A stretch of 64,000 nucleotides of DNA from Mobula hypostoma (taxonomy: Eukaryota): the NCBI RefSeq assembly GCF_963921235.1, contig NC_086097.1, forward strand, positions 106,146,001 through 106,210,000, in the 5' to 3' direction. The notes beneath the pieces are model-generated. The model did no database searches. It saw only the letters and a list, made by a program, of their open reading frames with translations, and had not been told where the DNA came from. Shown in pieces: positions 1 through 13,261 of the stretch. A program made the translations under genes and the position numbers. Position 1 is the first letter of the stretch. Each line of letters begins with the position of its first letter.

Positions 1-469
1 CGTGGTTCCCTTATCTGGTCTGCTGGTCAACTGTAATAAACACTATTTCCCTTTTAAATGACTTTTCCTAATTATATTACACAGAATGGTGGAGCAGATA
101 TGAAGAGCTGGATGGCCTATCCTTGCTCTTATTATTTTCATATGTAATATTTTAATATCAATATTCAACCTTGTTGTTTTGAAAATATTGAATGGTTCCT
201 TGATAAGGTAAGAACTCACAACCTACCACATTATGATCTTTCATCTATTGTCTACCTGCACTACTATTTCTGTAGTTGTTACACTTCATTCTGCATTATG
301 CTATTGCTTTACTGTGTACTACCTCAATGCACTGTATAACGATTTGATCTGTATGAATAGTATGTAAGTCAAGCTTTTCACTGTCTGTTGGCACTATCTA
401 TGTATCCTTTTCCAGCCCTACAACCAAATGAAAACTCTCCTCTTCATGCCAATCCTCCAAGAGGACCAC

Positions 470-865
470 AACTTTGTCATGGTCTGGAGGCTTGCATGCC
501 TCAATGACCCAGAGAGCTACTGTATGTTGGTTGGAGTCAGGGCTTTATGCTGTGGCTCTTGGTAGGGTCACCCACTACAAACAGGTCAAAGGGTAGAGGC
601 CAGACTAAGAGTGGTTCACCGGTCATCCTGGTTCGGGGTTTCAGCTCAGGGCTAACAACCCTGATTGGTAAAACAAAATTGTTATGGAAACAGCAATGAA
701 GAATCTTTCTACATCTGAGTGCGATGGTATTTCCGAGTCTCCACCTGCATGATTGACAGTACTGCAAACCGAGAGGAAGCTCCTGACGTGATGAAGCCCT
801 GAACACCGGCAGAGATGGAGGAGCTTCACTGTTGCCCGAAATGCCAGCAGTGTAACAGGCAATCT
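470..865 (+). mobile_element. RTE (Expander/Rex3-like) derived short non-autonomous element: RTE-like 5' UTR joined to an RTE-like 3' end
   Basis: Contains 5' UTR-like motifs 'ggtagggtcaccca..aaacaggtc..ccagactaag' and 'gggctaacaaccct..taaaac', followed by 'agagatggaggagcttc..gttgcc'. No ORF. Family assignment is from recall; boundaries approximate. Confidence 0.45.
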
Positions 866-2034
866 GCTGCTGCGGCTTCATGCCAACAGCTCCAGAATTC
901 TCTTCCTAAAGTTTTCCTTCTTTTTACCTCATGCTCCTTTTAGATTGTTCCTTACTCTGTTTCTTTGACTAAGCTTTTTGTAAATTGTCCTTTTGTCTTT
1001 TTGTGGCCTTTTATTAAATATTTCCAGATGGCGTTCTTAAGAAAAGTTTAAAGTAACTTCACCATTTAGTATCGAAGTTGTTGGATACAACTTTTTAAAA
1101 AACCTTCCACAGCCTTTTGTATCCTTTTGCTCCCAAGCATCAATCAATCCCTGTCTGTAGTTCAGGCCAGTCTGTTTCAAATTTTCCTCTGAAACTACTT
1201 TGTAATTAGTTGATCCAAAGCCATACCTGAACAACTTGGAGAAAATCAATGAAGAATTGTGTCTATCTCTGTAACACTTCTTCAAAGTTCAGCAAGAACT
1301 TATGTTTTGTCCCAAGACTACATACTCCATGGCTGCCTTAAACATTTCCTGATTACCTGATACTGTAGGTGTAATACCATAGAGTGAAACTGGTTCTATC
1401 TCCATGGGATAGGTAGGCCATTTCATGATTTAATTAACAGTTACTTAAACTGCTGCTGAAATCAGCAGAGAATAGTTTGCAGTTTAGAATTTATGTAAGT
1501 GAAAACAGTTACCTGAGCTCTCCCATTTAAACTGCAGGAATATCCACATTTCATTATGCACTGGAAAAAAAATGTACACCTTCCTACCTGTATTCTTATG
1601 TTTCTCAAACTGCGATTTCTAACTCACAGTCATCTCCTTTCAAGATTTATGCATTCAACCTAAGAATTTCGTGTTCCAAACCATCATTGCAACCCTCTTG
1701 TTCTGCTGCGAAAAATTCTGAAATTGGCCATGGAGACATTTAAAATAGCTTTTGTGACAATTTAAACAGAGAATCATGCACTAAAATATTACCAGTGTGG
1801 TTCCCAAGGGGTCCCACTCAATTAGACACAGCTTCTTTGGGCTTCAGGTCCATATGCACTTTTTACTCCTGTACTAATTGCTGCGATTGGTTAGCCAGAT
1901 TGTGTAGCAGCAGTACACCACTATGACATCTATTCACCCATTGGCATCTACTTCAGAGTAAGCACAAACTGATGCAGGTTATGGAGTTACATTTTGAAAA
2001 GACAGTGGCATCTGATGATTCACAGCTATCTGCA

Positions 2035-2212
2035 CATAGAAACATAGAAAGCCTACAGCACAATACAGGCCCTTCGGCCCACAAAGCTGTGCCAAACATG
2101 TCCTTACCTTAGAAATTAGCTAGGGTTACTCATAGCCCTCTATTTTTCTAAGCTCCATGTACCTGTCCAGGAGTCTCTTAAAAGACCCCATTGTATCCTC
2201 CTCCGCCACCGT
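2035..2212 (-). mobile_element. CR1 LINE 3' end fragment
   Basis: (ACATAGAA)n tail followed by 'acagcacaatacaggcccttcggccc', like the other CR1 3' UTRs in the window. Confidence 0.6.
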
Positions 2213-2595
2213 TATTAGGTTAGAATATCACATTTGAAGCATCATCGATTAATCTATTGCTTACCTTACACAATTTAATTTATGCAGTTTATTTTGCTTA
2301 TTCATGTGTAATCCATCTGTAGATTGTATCCTTACTTTCCTAAGTTACTGTGTTCTCTGTACTACAGAACTTCACTCACTTGGTCGGAGAAATGTTGCCT
2401 TGTTTAATGGTATACATATAATTAAATGACAGACTGAGAACTCCCCTTATTGATGAATGTGTCCTGCTTATTAATGAGGAACCTTTTGGATCAATAAGTG
2501 CGGTTAATGCACCAGGGGAAGACAACGTTGTTGTCAAATCCCACTGCCCAAGGCATCACCAGTTTCTCACTGGAATCACAGTATAGGTGAAAGCT

Positions 2596-2885
2596 ACACA
2601 CATCAAAGTTGCTGGTGAACGCAGCAGGCCAGGCAGCAACTCTAGGAAGAGGTACAGTCGACGTTTCGGGCCGAGACCCTTCATCAGGACTAACTGAAAG
2701 AAGAGCTAGTAAGAGATTTGAAAGTGGGAGGGGAAGGGGAGATCCAAAATGATAGGAGAAGACAGGAGGTCCCCCTAGGTCCCTCTAAGAGGTACCTGTT
2801 CCTCAAGATGCTGCCTGGCTTGCTGCGTTCACCAGCAACTTTTATGTGTATGACTTGAAATTCCTGCATTTGCAGATTTCCTCGT
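2596..2885. mobile_element. Short PLE insertion made of two inverted 3'-terminal segments
   Basis: 15-bp TSD GTATAGGTGAAAGCT at 2581-2595 and 2886-2900. Both arms match the PLE terminus at 3102-3300, in opposite orientations. Confidence 0.85.
2655..2692 (-). ncRNA. Minimal type I hammerhead ribozyme motif (PLE-associated)
   Basis: Minus strand reads TAGTC-CTGATGA-A-GGGT-CTCG-GCCC-GAAAC-GTC-GACTG: both core boxes, stem I, stem II and the GUC triplet. Confidence 0.75.
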
Positions 2886-3197
2886 GTATAGGTGAAAGCT
2901 TTTTTTTCTGTAGATATTATGTCTTCCCCACCCCAACAACACCAACAACCCAATATTGGAAAGACTTTGTGGTGAGAATATTTGCGCTGGACACTTTGCG
3001 AGATGTTTAGCAGTCTGCAATCACTCCTGAAGCTGCCTACTCAGGTCAGTGAGTGTCCTGTTATAAACAGTGAGAAATGCAACCAATTAGAACATAGAGT
3101 AAACAACAGGAATTCTGCAGATGCTGGAAATTCAAGCAACACACATCAAAGTTGCTGGTGAATGCAGCAGGCCAGGCAGCATCTCTAGGAAGAGGTA

Positions 3198-3235
3198 CAG
3201 TCGACGTTTCAGGCCGAGACCCTTCATCAGAACTA
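3198..3235 (-). ncRNA. Minimal hammerhead ribozyme motif (PLE 3' terminus)
   Basis: Minus strand reads TAGTT-CTGATGA-AGGGTCTCGGCCT-GAAAC-GTC-GACTG. Confidence 0.7.
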
Positions 3236-3529
3236 ACTGAAGGAAGAGTTAGTAAGAGATTTGAAAGTGGGAGGGGGAGGGGGAGATCAAAATGATAGGA
3301 GAAGACAGGAGGGGGAGGGATGGAGCCAAGAGCTGGACAGGTGATTGGCAAAGGGGATATGAGAGGATCATGGGACAGGAGGTCCGGGGAGAAAGACAAG
3401 TGGGGGGGGAACCAGAGGATGGGCAAGGGGTATAGTCAGAGGGACAGAGGGAGGAAAAGGAGAGTGAGAGAAAGAATGTGTGTATATAAATAAATAATAG
3501 ATGGGGTACGACGGGGAGGTGGGGCATTA

Positions 3530-5270
3530 GAAAAGTCGATGTTCATGCCATCAGGTTGGAGGCTACCCAGACGGAATATAAGGTGTTGTTCCTCCAACCT
3601 GAGTGTGGCTTCATCTTTACAGTAGAGGAGGCCATGGATAGACATGTCAGAATGGGAATGGGATGTGGAATTAAAATGTGTGGCCACTGGGAGATCCTGC
3701 TTTCTCTGCTGGACAGAGCGTAGGTGTTCAGCAAAGCGGTCTTCCAGTCTGCGTCGGGTCTCGCCAATATATAAAAGGTCACATCGGGAGCACCAGACGC
3801 AGTATATCACCCCAGCCGACTCACAGGTGAAGTGTCGCCTCACCTGGAGGACTGTCTGGGGCCCTGAATGGTGGTAAGGGAGGAAGTGTAAGGGCATGTG
3901 TAGCACTTGTTCCGCTTACAAGGGTAAGTGCCAGGAGGGAGATCAGTGGGGAGGGACGGGGGAGATGAATGGACAAGGGAGTCGCGTAGGGAGCGATCCC
4001 TGCGGAAAGCAGAGACGGGGGGAGGGAAAGATGTGCTTAGTGGTGGGATCCCGTTGGAGGTGGCGGAAGTTACGGAGAATAATATGTTGGACCCGGAGGC
4101 TGGTGGGGTGGTAGGTGAGGACCAGGGGAACCCTATTCCTAGTGGGGTGGCGGGAGGATGGAGTGAGAGCAGATGTGCGTGAAATGGGGGAGATGCGTTT
4201 GAGAGCAGAGTTGATAGTGGAGGAAGGGAAGCCCCTTTCTTTAAAAAACGAGGACACCTCCCTCATCCTGGAATGAAAAGCCTCATTCTGAGAGCAGATG
4301 CGGCGGAGACGGAGGGATTGCGAGAAGGGGATGGCATTTTTGCAAGAGTCAGGGTGAGAAGAGGGATAGTCCAGATAGCTGTGAGAGTCAGTAGGCTTAT
4401 AGTAGACATCAGTGGATAAACTGTCTCCAGAGACAAAGACAGAAAGATCCAGAAAGGGGAGGGCGGTGTCAGAAATAAACTTGAGGGCAGGGTGAAAGTT
4501 GGAGGCAAAGTTAATAAAGTCAACGAGCTCAGCATGCGTGCCGGAAGCAGCGCCAATGCAGTCGTCGATGTAGCGAAGGAAAAGTGGGGGACAGATACCA
4601 GAATAGGCACGGAACATAGATTGTTCCACAAAGCCAACAAAAAGGCAGGCATAGCTGGGACCCATACGGGTGCCCATGGCTACACCTTTAGCTTGGAGGA
4701 AGTGGGAGGAGCCAAAGGAGAAATTATTAAGAGTAAGGACTAATTCCGCTAGACGGAGCAGAGTGGTGGTAGAGGGGAACTGATTGGGTCTGGAATCCAA
4801 AAAGAAGCGGAGAGCTTTGAGACCTTCCTGATGGGGGATGGAAGTATATAGGGACTGGACATCCATGGTTAAATAAAGCGGTGGGGGCCAGGGAACTTAA
4901 AATCATCGAAAAGTTCAAGAGCGTGAGAAGTGTCACGAACATAGGTAGTAAAGGATTGAACAAGGGGGGATAAAACCGTGTCGAGATATGCAGAAATGAG
5001 TTCGGTGGGGCAGGAGCAAGCTGAGACAATAGATCTGCCAGGACAGGCAGGTTTGTGGATCTTGGGTAGGAGGTAGAAACGGGAAGTGCGGGGTGTGGGA
5101 ACTATAAGGTTGGTAGCAGTGGATGGGAGATCCCCTGAGCGGATAAAGTCGTTGATGGTGTGGGAGACAATGGCCTGGTGCTCCTTAGTGGGGTCACGAT
5201 CGAGGGGTAAATAAGAGGAGGTATCCGCGAATTGTCACTGTGCCTCGGCAAGGTAGAGGTCAGTACGCCA
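3530..5270 (-). pseudogene. Frameshifted PLE polyprotein (RT and GIY-YIG)
   Basis: ORF 3943-4866 has MDVQSLYTSIP, GVAMGTRMGPSYA, RYIDD and VYYKPTD; ORF 3436-3906 has VIYCVWCSRCDLLYIGET..RFAEH. Confidence 0.9.
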
Positions 5271-5386
5271 GTACATAGAGTACATCCCTGGTTGACTTGC
5301 ATGATGTTGGTAAATTTCACCTTTGAGCTCCGGTGTTCAGAGAAAAGCCAGAAATGAACGTTGCATGGAAAGTGATGTTATGGCAT

Positions 5387-5920
5387 CACTCAGTGGCCAC
5401 TTTATTAGGCACAGGAATGGAAGCTGGTGTCGTCTTCTGCTGCTGTAGCCCATCCACTTCAAGGTTCGACATTTTGTACATTCAGAGACGCTCTTCTGCA
5501 CACCATTGTTGTAACACATGGTTATTTACTGTTGCCTGCCTGTCAGTTTGAACCAGTCTGGCCATTCTCCTCTGACCTGTCTCATTTATAAGGCATTTTT
5601 GCCCACAGAAGTGCTGCTCACTGGATATTCTTTGATTTTTGTACTATTCTCTGTAAACTCAGGAGATTGTTGTTGTGAAAATCCCAGGATATCAGCAGTT
5701 TCTGAGATAATCAAACCATCCTGTCTGGCACCAACAGTCACTTCACCATCAAAGTCACTCAGATCACATTTCTTTCTCATTCTGATGCTAGGTTTGAACA
5801 ACAACTGAACTTCTTGACCACGTCTGCCTCTTTTATGTATTGAGTTGCTGCCACACAATTAACTGTTTAGATATTTGCATTAACTATTAAGAGTACAGGT
5901 GTACCTAATAATGTGGCCAC
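5387..5920 (-). mobile_element. Tc1/mariner internally deleted derivative, copy 1
   Basis: TIRs cagtggccactttattagg / cctaataatgtggccac; minus-strand remnant KKCDLSDFDGEVTVGARQDGLIISETADILGFS resembles the Tc1 N-terminal HTH. Confidence 0.8.
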
Positions 5921-6964
5921 ATGAATAGTGTGAGAAATTACTGTGTGATGAATTTTATGCAGTCAGACTTGACCCCATGGATCATGATGGAAGTGGCCAG
6001 TCCAGTTTCACAAACAGTATAACTTCATCTGGAAATTAATACTAGTGTGATCAATTTCAGCTAAAACTAATCTTTGTGAGTCATGTCTAAATGACAATTT
6101 CTGACGGACACAGTTCACCAGTCACTGTATCCATACTTCCAATTTATTCCAAGAATAATTTCTATTAGCAGAAAAATTGTCAAAGGCACAGAGTGAGAAC
6201 GCCAGATTTATGTCAGAAATAATACCAATAAAAAGACTGATGAACTGTCAGTATATGCACTTTCCAAAGTCTTCATCTAAAATATATTCATTTCTTTCAC
6301 ATAATAGAGTGCCATAGTGAGCAATTTATATGTATAGACAATAGTAACTTTAAAAAATAATGCTTGCAATCAAAGATTTTTAGAACATTCACAAAATAAT
6401 GCCAATAATTTCAAAACTTGACACAGATTTTCCTTTTCCTTTCTATCTGTCTCTTTTCGAAATAAAGAGATTGGGTGGTGTGATGCATTGCATTAAGTAA
6501 ATGCCAGGAAGATGAGATAGTGATACACATAACAATGGAGATCAAAAACAGCTGTGATGAGCAGGTCATAACAATTCCATTTATCCACAATCTGATTACA
6601 AAGAATTCAATTGAATTCTAATGACAAGATATAAATGAAATCCCACATCCTTAATGATGCAATATCCCTACCCACTGTCAGTACTGTGATTGGGCAGTCA
6701 TGTGCTCTTCAGAAAATGCTTGGAATCTGACACAAGGATAAAGATTAAAATCCCTGCTCTTTTGATCCATATCAGAACCGTCTATCTTTGCTGTGATGTT
6801 TGCTTTGTTGATAAAAAGTTTTAAACAATCTTACTACTAATATTTAATTCTTGAATTCCACACAAAAAAACAAAACAAATATATCTCAAGTATTCATTTG
6901 TGGCAATGAATTCTGTTATTTCAATTGTACATATTGATTCTGATAATCCTTATTTTGAATGATA

Positions 6965-7595
6965 CAATCAGTGGCCACCTTATTATGCACAAGAGTGTAC
7001 CTAATAAAGTGGCCATATGAGGAACCAGGCGTGGCCTTCTGCTACATGAACTTCAAGGTTCGACATGATGTATGTTCAGAGATGCTCTTTTGCACAACGC
7101 TGTTGTGATGTGTGGTTATTTAAGTCACTGTTGCCTTTCTGTCAGCTTGAACCTGTCTGGCCGTTCCCCTCTGACCTCTCTCATTAAAGAGGCATTTTTA
7201 GCCACAGAATTGCTGCTCACTGGATGTTTTTTGATTTTCGCACCATTCTTTGTAAGTTTTAGAACAGGAGTTCCCAACCTTTTTTTAAATGCCGTAGACC
7301 AATACCAATGAGCAAGAGGTCTGTGGATCTCAGGCTGGGAACCCCTGCTCTAGAGATTGTTGTGCATAAAAATCCCAGGAGATCAGCAGTTTCTGAGATT
7401 CTCAAACCACCCTGTCTGATGCCAATAATCATTCCACAGTCAAAGTCACTGAGATCACATTGGCTTTGAACAATTGAACCTCTTGCTACGTCTGCATGCT
7501 TTTATGTATTGAGTTGCTGCCATACAATTGACTGATTAGATATTTGTATTAACAAGCAGGATTACAGGTGCACCTAATAAAGTAGCCACTGAGGG
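6965..7595 (-). mobile_element. Tc1/mariner internally deleted derivative, copy 2
   Basis: Flanked by TA at 6963-6964 and 7596-7597, same TIRs, colinear with copy 1. Confidence 0.8.
7265..7347. mobile_element. 83-bp hAT-type MITE nested in Tc1 copy 2
   Basis: TIRs CAGGAGTTCCCAACCT / AGGCTGGGAACCCCTG; degenerate 8-bp TSD ttttagaa/ctctagag; absent from Tc1 copy 1. Confidence 0.75.
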
Positions 7596-7910
7596 TACAT
7601 TGACACAGAAGGAGACCAGTCAACCCATTGGATTCTTGCCATCTCCCAGGGAAGCAATTCTACTCATCCTGATCCCCCTGCCACACATGCCCATCAATTG
7701 CCCATCTTTTTGCCATTAAGGGTAGATTTTCAGTAGCCAATTAACATACCCGCATGGATTTGGAATGTGAGGTGAAACCAGAGCTCCTGACATAAGCCTG
7801 TATAGTCAGAGAGAATGAGCAACACCAAACACACATCACATTGAAAGAGAATTGAACAGTCGTCCCTGGAAATGGGAGAGAACAGCCTTAACTGCTGCAT
7901 CACTGTACTG
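7590..7910 (-). mobile_element. Degraded tRNA-derived SINE (V-SINE/HE1-like)
   Basis: 'ttggaatgtgaggtgaaaccagagc' central domain and 'gaattgaac' B-box remnant, shared with the other SINE copies. Confidence 0.5.
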
Positions 7911-8269
7911 TTCTCATCAGAGCAAAGTGTAAATGGAAGGAAGTTGTTCCCATTAGTGGATGACTCAAGGACAGGGGCCACACATTTGAAATATAAAAAG
8001 AAATACAAGGACCTTCATGGTTTTCAAGGAACTGAAAATATGCCCTTATATTTGGCAAATACCTGGACAATCCAGGTTAAAATATTGCTGGCATTAACTC
8101 TATCTCCACTCCACATTGACATGAAATCATACAATTGATGTGGCGCTGAGGAGACGATTCAAGAATCTATTCCACTAGTCCAATTCCCTTGTTTTGTAAT
8201 TATTCTCAGGTGCCAGTCCAATTTCAGGTTTACTATACACTGTCAGGATAGATCTATAGAGTCTCTCAA

Positions 8270-10843
8270 AAGCAGAGGTGGAGGAGTATGTAGCATGATC
8301 AACTCTTCCTGGTGCACAAACATATCAGTGCTGTCCCAGTTCTGCTCACCAGACCTAGAATATCTAGTAGTTAAGTGCCGTTCTTTTTACCTACCACAGG
8401 AGTTCTCTGGGGTCATTTTGGTAGCAGTTTAAATTCTACCTCCAGCCAATGTCAAGGAGGCTTTAGATGATCTGAGTAATGTGATCAACATCCACGAAAC
8501 AGTGCACCCTAACGCCTTCACCATAGTTTCAGGCCAGTCTGAAAAAATCACTAAGCAATTACCATCAACAGATCACTTGCAATACCAGAGGAAACAACAC
8601 ACTGGACCATTGTTACACCGCCATCAAGAATGCCTACTGTGCTATTCCACACCTTCACTTCAGGAAGTCTGATCACCTGGCTGTACTTCTACTCCCTGAG
8701 TATAGGCAGAGACTGAAGACGGCAGCACCAGTAGTGAGGTCCAAGAAGGTGTGGACAAGGGAAGCACAGGAGCGCCTACAGGCCTGCTTTGAATCAGTGG
8801 TCTGGACTATATTCAGGGATTCATCTTCGAATCTGGTTGAGTATACTGCAGTTGTTACTGACTTTACTAAAACCTGTGTGGATGAGTGTGTGCCCATAAA
8901 GACTTACTGTACATTCCCAAACCAAAAGCCATGGATGAACCAGGAGGTACGTCGTCTGCTGAAGGCCAGGTCTGTGGCATTCAAGTCTGGAGACCCAGGC
9001 CTGTACCTGAAAACCAGGTATGATTTGCGGAGGTCTGTTTCAAGGGTGAAGAGACAATTTCGAATGAGGTTGGAGGCGACATCGGATGCACGGCAACTCT
9101 GGCAGAGTTTGCAGGACATTACTTCCTACAAAGCGAAATCCAACAGCATGATGCTTCACTACCAGATCAACTCAACGCCTTCTATGCCCGCTTTGAAAGG
9201 GAGCACATAACTACAGCTGTGAAGATCCCTGCTGCATCTGATGACACTGTGATCTCTGTCTCAGAGGCCAATGTTAGGCTGTCTTTAAAGACAGTGAACC
9301 CCCGCAAGGCAGGAGGTCCAGATGGAGTACTTTGTAATGCCCTGAAAACCTGTGCCAACCAACTAGTGGGAGCATTCAAGGACATTTTCAACCTCTAACT
9401 GCTACAGGCGGAAGTTCTCACTTGCGTCAAAAAGGCAATAATTATACCAGTGCCTAAGAAGAATAATGCGAGCTGTCTTAATGTCTATCACCTGGTAGCA
9501 CTCACATCAACAGTAATGAAATGGTTTGAGAGGTTGGCCACGACTAGACTGAACTCCTGTCTCAGCATGGACCTGGACCCATTGCAATTTGCCTATTGCC
9601 ACAATAGGTCAACGGCAGGCGCAATCTTAGTGGCTCTCCACATGGCTTTAGACCATGTGGACAACACAAACACCTATGTCAGGATGCTGTTCATTGACTA
9701 TAGCTCAGCATTTAATACCATAATTCCCACTATCCTGATTGAGAAGTTGCAGAACCTGGGCCTCTGTACCTTCCTCTGCAACTAGATACTCAACTTCCTA
9801 ACTGGAAGACCACAATCTGTGCGGATTGGTGATATCCTTGCTGACGATCAACACTGGTGCACCTCATGGGTGTGTGCTTAGCCCACTGCTCTACTCTCTA
9901 TATACGCATGATTGTGTGGCTAGGCACAGCTCAAGTACCATCTATAAATTTGCTGATGATACAACCATTGTAGGTAGAATCCCAGGTAGTGACGAGATGG
10001 CAGAGAGGGGAGGAGTGAGATAGTCAACTAGCACAGCACGCAGCAACAACCTGGCACTCAACGTCAGGAAGACAAAAGAGCTGATTGTGAACTTCAGGAA
10101 GGGTAAGACCAAGGAACATATACCAATCCTCATAGAGGAATCAGAACTGGAGAGAGTGAGCAGTTTCAAATTCCTGGGTGTCAAGATCTCCTGTGGATCT
10201 AACCTAGTCCCAACATATCAATGTAGTCATAAAGAAAGCAAGACAGTGACTATACTTCATTAGGAGTTTGAGAGATTTGGCATGTCAACAAATACACTCC
10301 GTGGGGAGCATTCTGACAGGCTGCATCACTGTCTGGTATCAAGGGGCTACTGCACAGGACAGAAAGAAGCTGCAGAGAGTTGTAAATCTAGTCAGCTCCA
10401 TCTTGGGTGCCAGCCTACAAAGTAGCCAGAACATCTTCAGGGAGCGGTGTCTCAGAAAGGCAGCATCCATTATTAAGGACCTCCAGCACTCAGGGCATGC
10501 CCTTTTCTCACTGTTACCATCAGGTAGGAGGTACAGAAGCCTGAAGGCACACACTCAGCGATTCAGTTACAGCTTCTTCCCCTCTACCATCCGATTCCTA
10601 AGTGGACACTGAACCCTTGTACACTACCTCACATTTTTTTTAATATACAGTATTTCTGATTTTTGCACATTTTAAAATCTATTCAATATACATATAATGT
10701 AATTGATTTACTTATTTATTTAATATTATTATTTCATTTATTTATTTTTTCTTTTCTGTATTATGCATTGCATTGAACTGCTGCTGCTAAGTTAACAAAT
10801 TTCATGTCACATGTGAAAATAAACCTGATTCTGATTCTGATTC
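8270..10843 (+). mobile_element. Rex1/Babar-clade LINE, 5'-truncated and frameshifted
   Basis: APE remnant (VKCRSFYLPQEFS); RT fragments ([45 protein letters not shown]); C-terminus LPSGRRYRS..SFFP; AATAAA plus (CTGATT)n tail at 10818-10843. Confidence 0.9.
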
Positions 10844-11319
10844 CCTTTGGAAAGCTCTGATTGATACTGTACCCACCAATCCTACAGGCAAGGACTTCCA
10901 GATCATCACTACCTTCTGCATGAAGAAGTTTCTCCTCACATCTCCTGCTCATACCTTTTAGCTGAATTTTTAAGACTGTGCCCCAGTAAATTACTGTGGG
11001 TATGCTAAACCAGAAGGTCCTGAATCCGTGGAATTCATGACCACAGATGGCAGTGGAAGCGAAGTCATTGGGTATATATAAAGTAGAGGATGGTAGGTTC
11101 TTGATTAGTAAGGGCATCAAAGTTCACAGGGAGAAGGCAGGAGATGGGGCTGAGAGGGATAATAAATCAGCCATGATAAATATGGAGGAGCAAACTCAAT
11201 GGTTTTTCGTTAATTTACTTTTCAGCTGGTTCAACACAACATTGTGGGCTGAAGGGCCTGTTCCTGAGCTGTACTGTGCTATGTTCATACTGTTCATTAC
11301 ATGAATTCATTACAACAGT

Positions 11320-12050
11320 CCATTGAGGTAGTTCAAGGTAAAATAATAGGATAAAAAGTTACCGTTACAGAGAACGTGCAAGACTGGACAGTAAGGTGCA
11401 AGGTAGATTGTGAGGTCAAAAGTCTGTCTTATTGTTTCGGGAAATGTTCAATAGCCTTATAGCAGCAGGACAGAAGCTGCTCCTGAGATGGTGGTACATA
11501 GTTTCATGCTTTAGTATCTTCTGCTTGATAGGAATTGGGGAGAAGAGAGGATTTGAGGTGCATGGAGACTTTGATGATGCTGGCTGCTTTACTGATTGTA
11601 ATAAATAAGTGTAGGCAAGAATCTATGGAGGGGAGGCTGTTTTCCATGATGTGCTGAGCTGTTTCCACAACTCTGCAGTTGCTAGAGGTTACAGGGAGAA
11701 CATTTCGCATATCAAGCCATCTATGATGCATCCAGATAGGATGTTTTCTATGGTTCATCAATAAGAATTGGCGAGGGTCAAAGGGGACATGCCAAATTTC
11801 TTCAGCCTTCTGAAAATGTAGAGTTGGTGAGCTTTCTTGGCCATGGCATCAATATAGTTGGTGATATTCATTCCTAAGAACATGACCCTCTCGACTTCAG
11901 CACTGCTAATGTAGATAAGAGTATGTCCTTCCTAAAGTCACTGATTAGCTCTTTTGTTTTGCTGACTTTGAGGGAAAGATTGTTGCCATGACACCATATT
12001 AACTTACTGTATCCCAACTCTTTGTTATTTGAGAATCAGCCCACTATGAT
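11320..12050 (-). mobile_element. Old Rex1/Babar-like 3' fragment
   Basis: Minus-strand remnant KAASIIK and a 3' UTR resembling that of 8270-10843; heavily decayed. Confidence 0.55.
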
Positions 12051-12061
12051 AATTGTGGACT

Positions 12062-12765
12062 TCAGGAAGCTGCAGGCTGACACTCCTCACTGCACAGGCA
12101 TGGCTCTTCTGCGGAGAGAGTTAAGAGCACCAAGTTTCTGGGAGTACACATAAAGGACAATCTCACCCGATCCCTCAACATCAACTCTTTAGAAAAAGAA
12201 AGCACAGCAGTGTCTCCACTTCCTGAGGAGACTGAGGAGGATGAGGCTACCCCCATGTAATTACTCTAATCAGTTTTTACAGGATCACCATTGAGAGTGT
12301 CCTAACCAGCTGCATCACTGTCTGGTACGGCAATTGCAAAGCATCTGACTGCAATTCCCTACAAGGGATTGTGAGGACTACTGAAAGGATAATCGGGACC
12401 AGTCTTCCAACTATCAGAGACATTTATCTGGAGCGCTGCATACGCAGGTCCTCTAGCATTGTCAATGATCCTTCCCATCTGTCTAACAAGAACTGTTAGG
12501 ATGGGAGACAGCTTCTTCCCACAGGCTGTAAGACTACCGAACTCCCTGCCATCACCTGGATCTCACCAACACTCGGCAATTCAGCAGCAATTTCTTCCCC
12601 TCCACCATCAGATTTGTGAATGGTCCATGAACCAATGAACACTACCTCGTTATTCATCTTTTGCACTAATTAATTATTTATTGTTTTTTTTTGTCTTGCA
12701 TTGTTGCAAAACAACAAATTTCATGACATATGTCAATGATAATAAACCTGATTTTGAATTCTGAT
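12062..12765 (+). mobile_element. Rex1/Babar-like 3' fragments
   Basis: Remnants 'aagtttctgggagtacac', 'accattgagagtgtcctaaccagctgcatcactgtctggtacgg' and an aataaacctgatt tail. Confidence 0.6.
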
Positions 12766-13261
12766 CTTGCAAGTGGTTTAGGTCATTGGCTACATTTTTG
12801 AATGCCATTTCCCACCAAATGTAACAATGAGTTATCATTGATTAATGAACATTATTCTAATCAATCACTTAACAATAGTCAGATTCATTCTAAGCATCCA
12901 CAGGTTCAAGTAATTCTCTGTGGTGACAGGTAGCAGAGAAACTGTATTTGCAAAGCTGTACAAAGAGAAAGCGCAGATCTTCAGGCCCTCAATACTCTGT
13001 CAACAGTAGGAGCAAGCTTCCTTTACCTCCTTCTCTCCTCAGAGGCAGAAAGCCTCCTAGGTAACACCTCTGCCACCAGTAAGAGTCGGCCCAGAATCAG
13101 AATCAGGTTTATGATCACTAACATATGTGAAATTTGTTGTTATGTTGCAGCAGTACAGTGCAATAAAAAAACTATAAGTTACAAAAGGAAATATAAAGCA
13201 AATGTTCAAAAACAGAGACAAATGGTGAGGTAGCGTTCATAGATGAGATTAGATTAGATTA

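Larger units (their letters stand above)
3102..5272 (-). mobile_element. 5'-truncated Penelope-like element (Neptune-type), RT plus GIY-YIG endonuclease
   Basis: 10-bp TSD ACATAGAGTA at 3092-3101 and 5273-5282; RT and GIY-YIG ORF fragments; same family as 34458-37601. Confidence 0.9.

Noticed and set aside
1037..1285. 82-aa minus-strand ORF as a host exon
   Set aside because: A plausible acceptor lies at about 1227, but I recognise no homology and the donor is weak; cannot be supported without a search.
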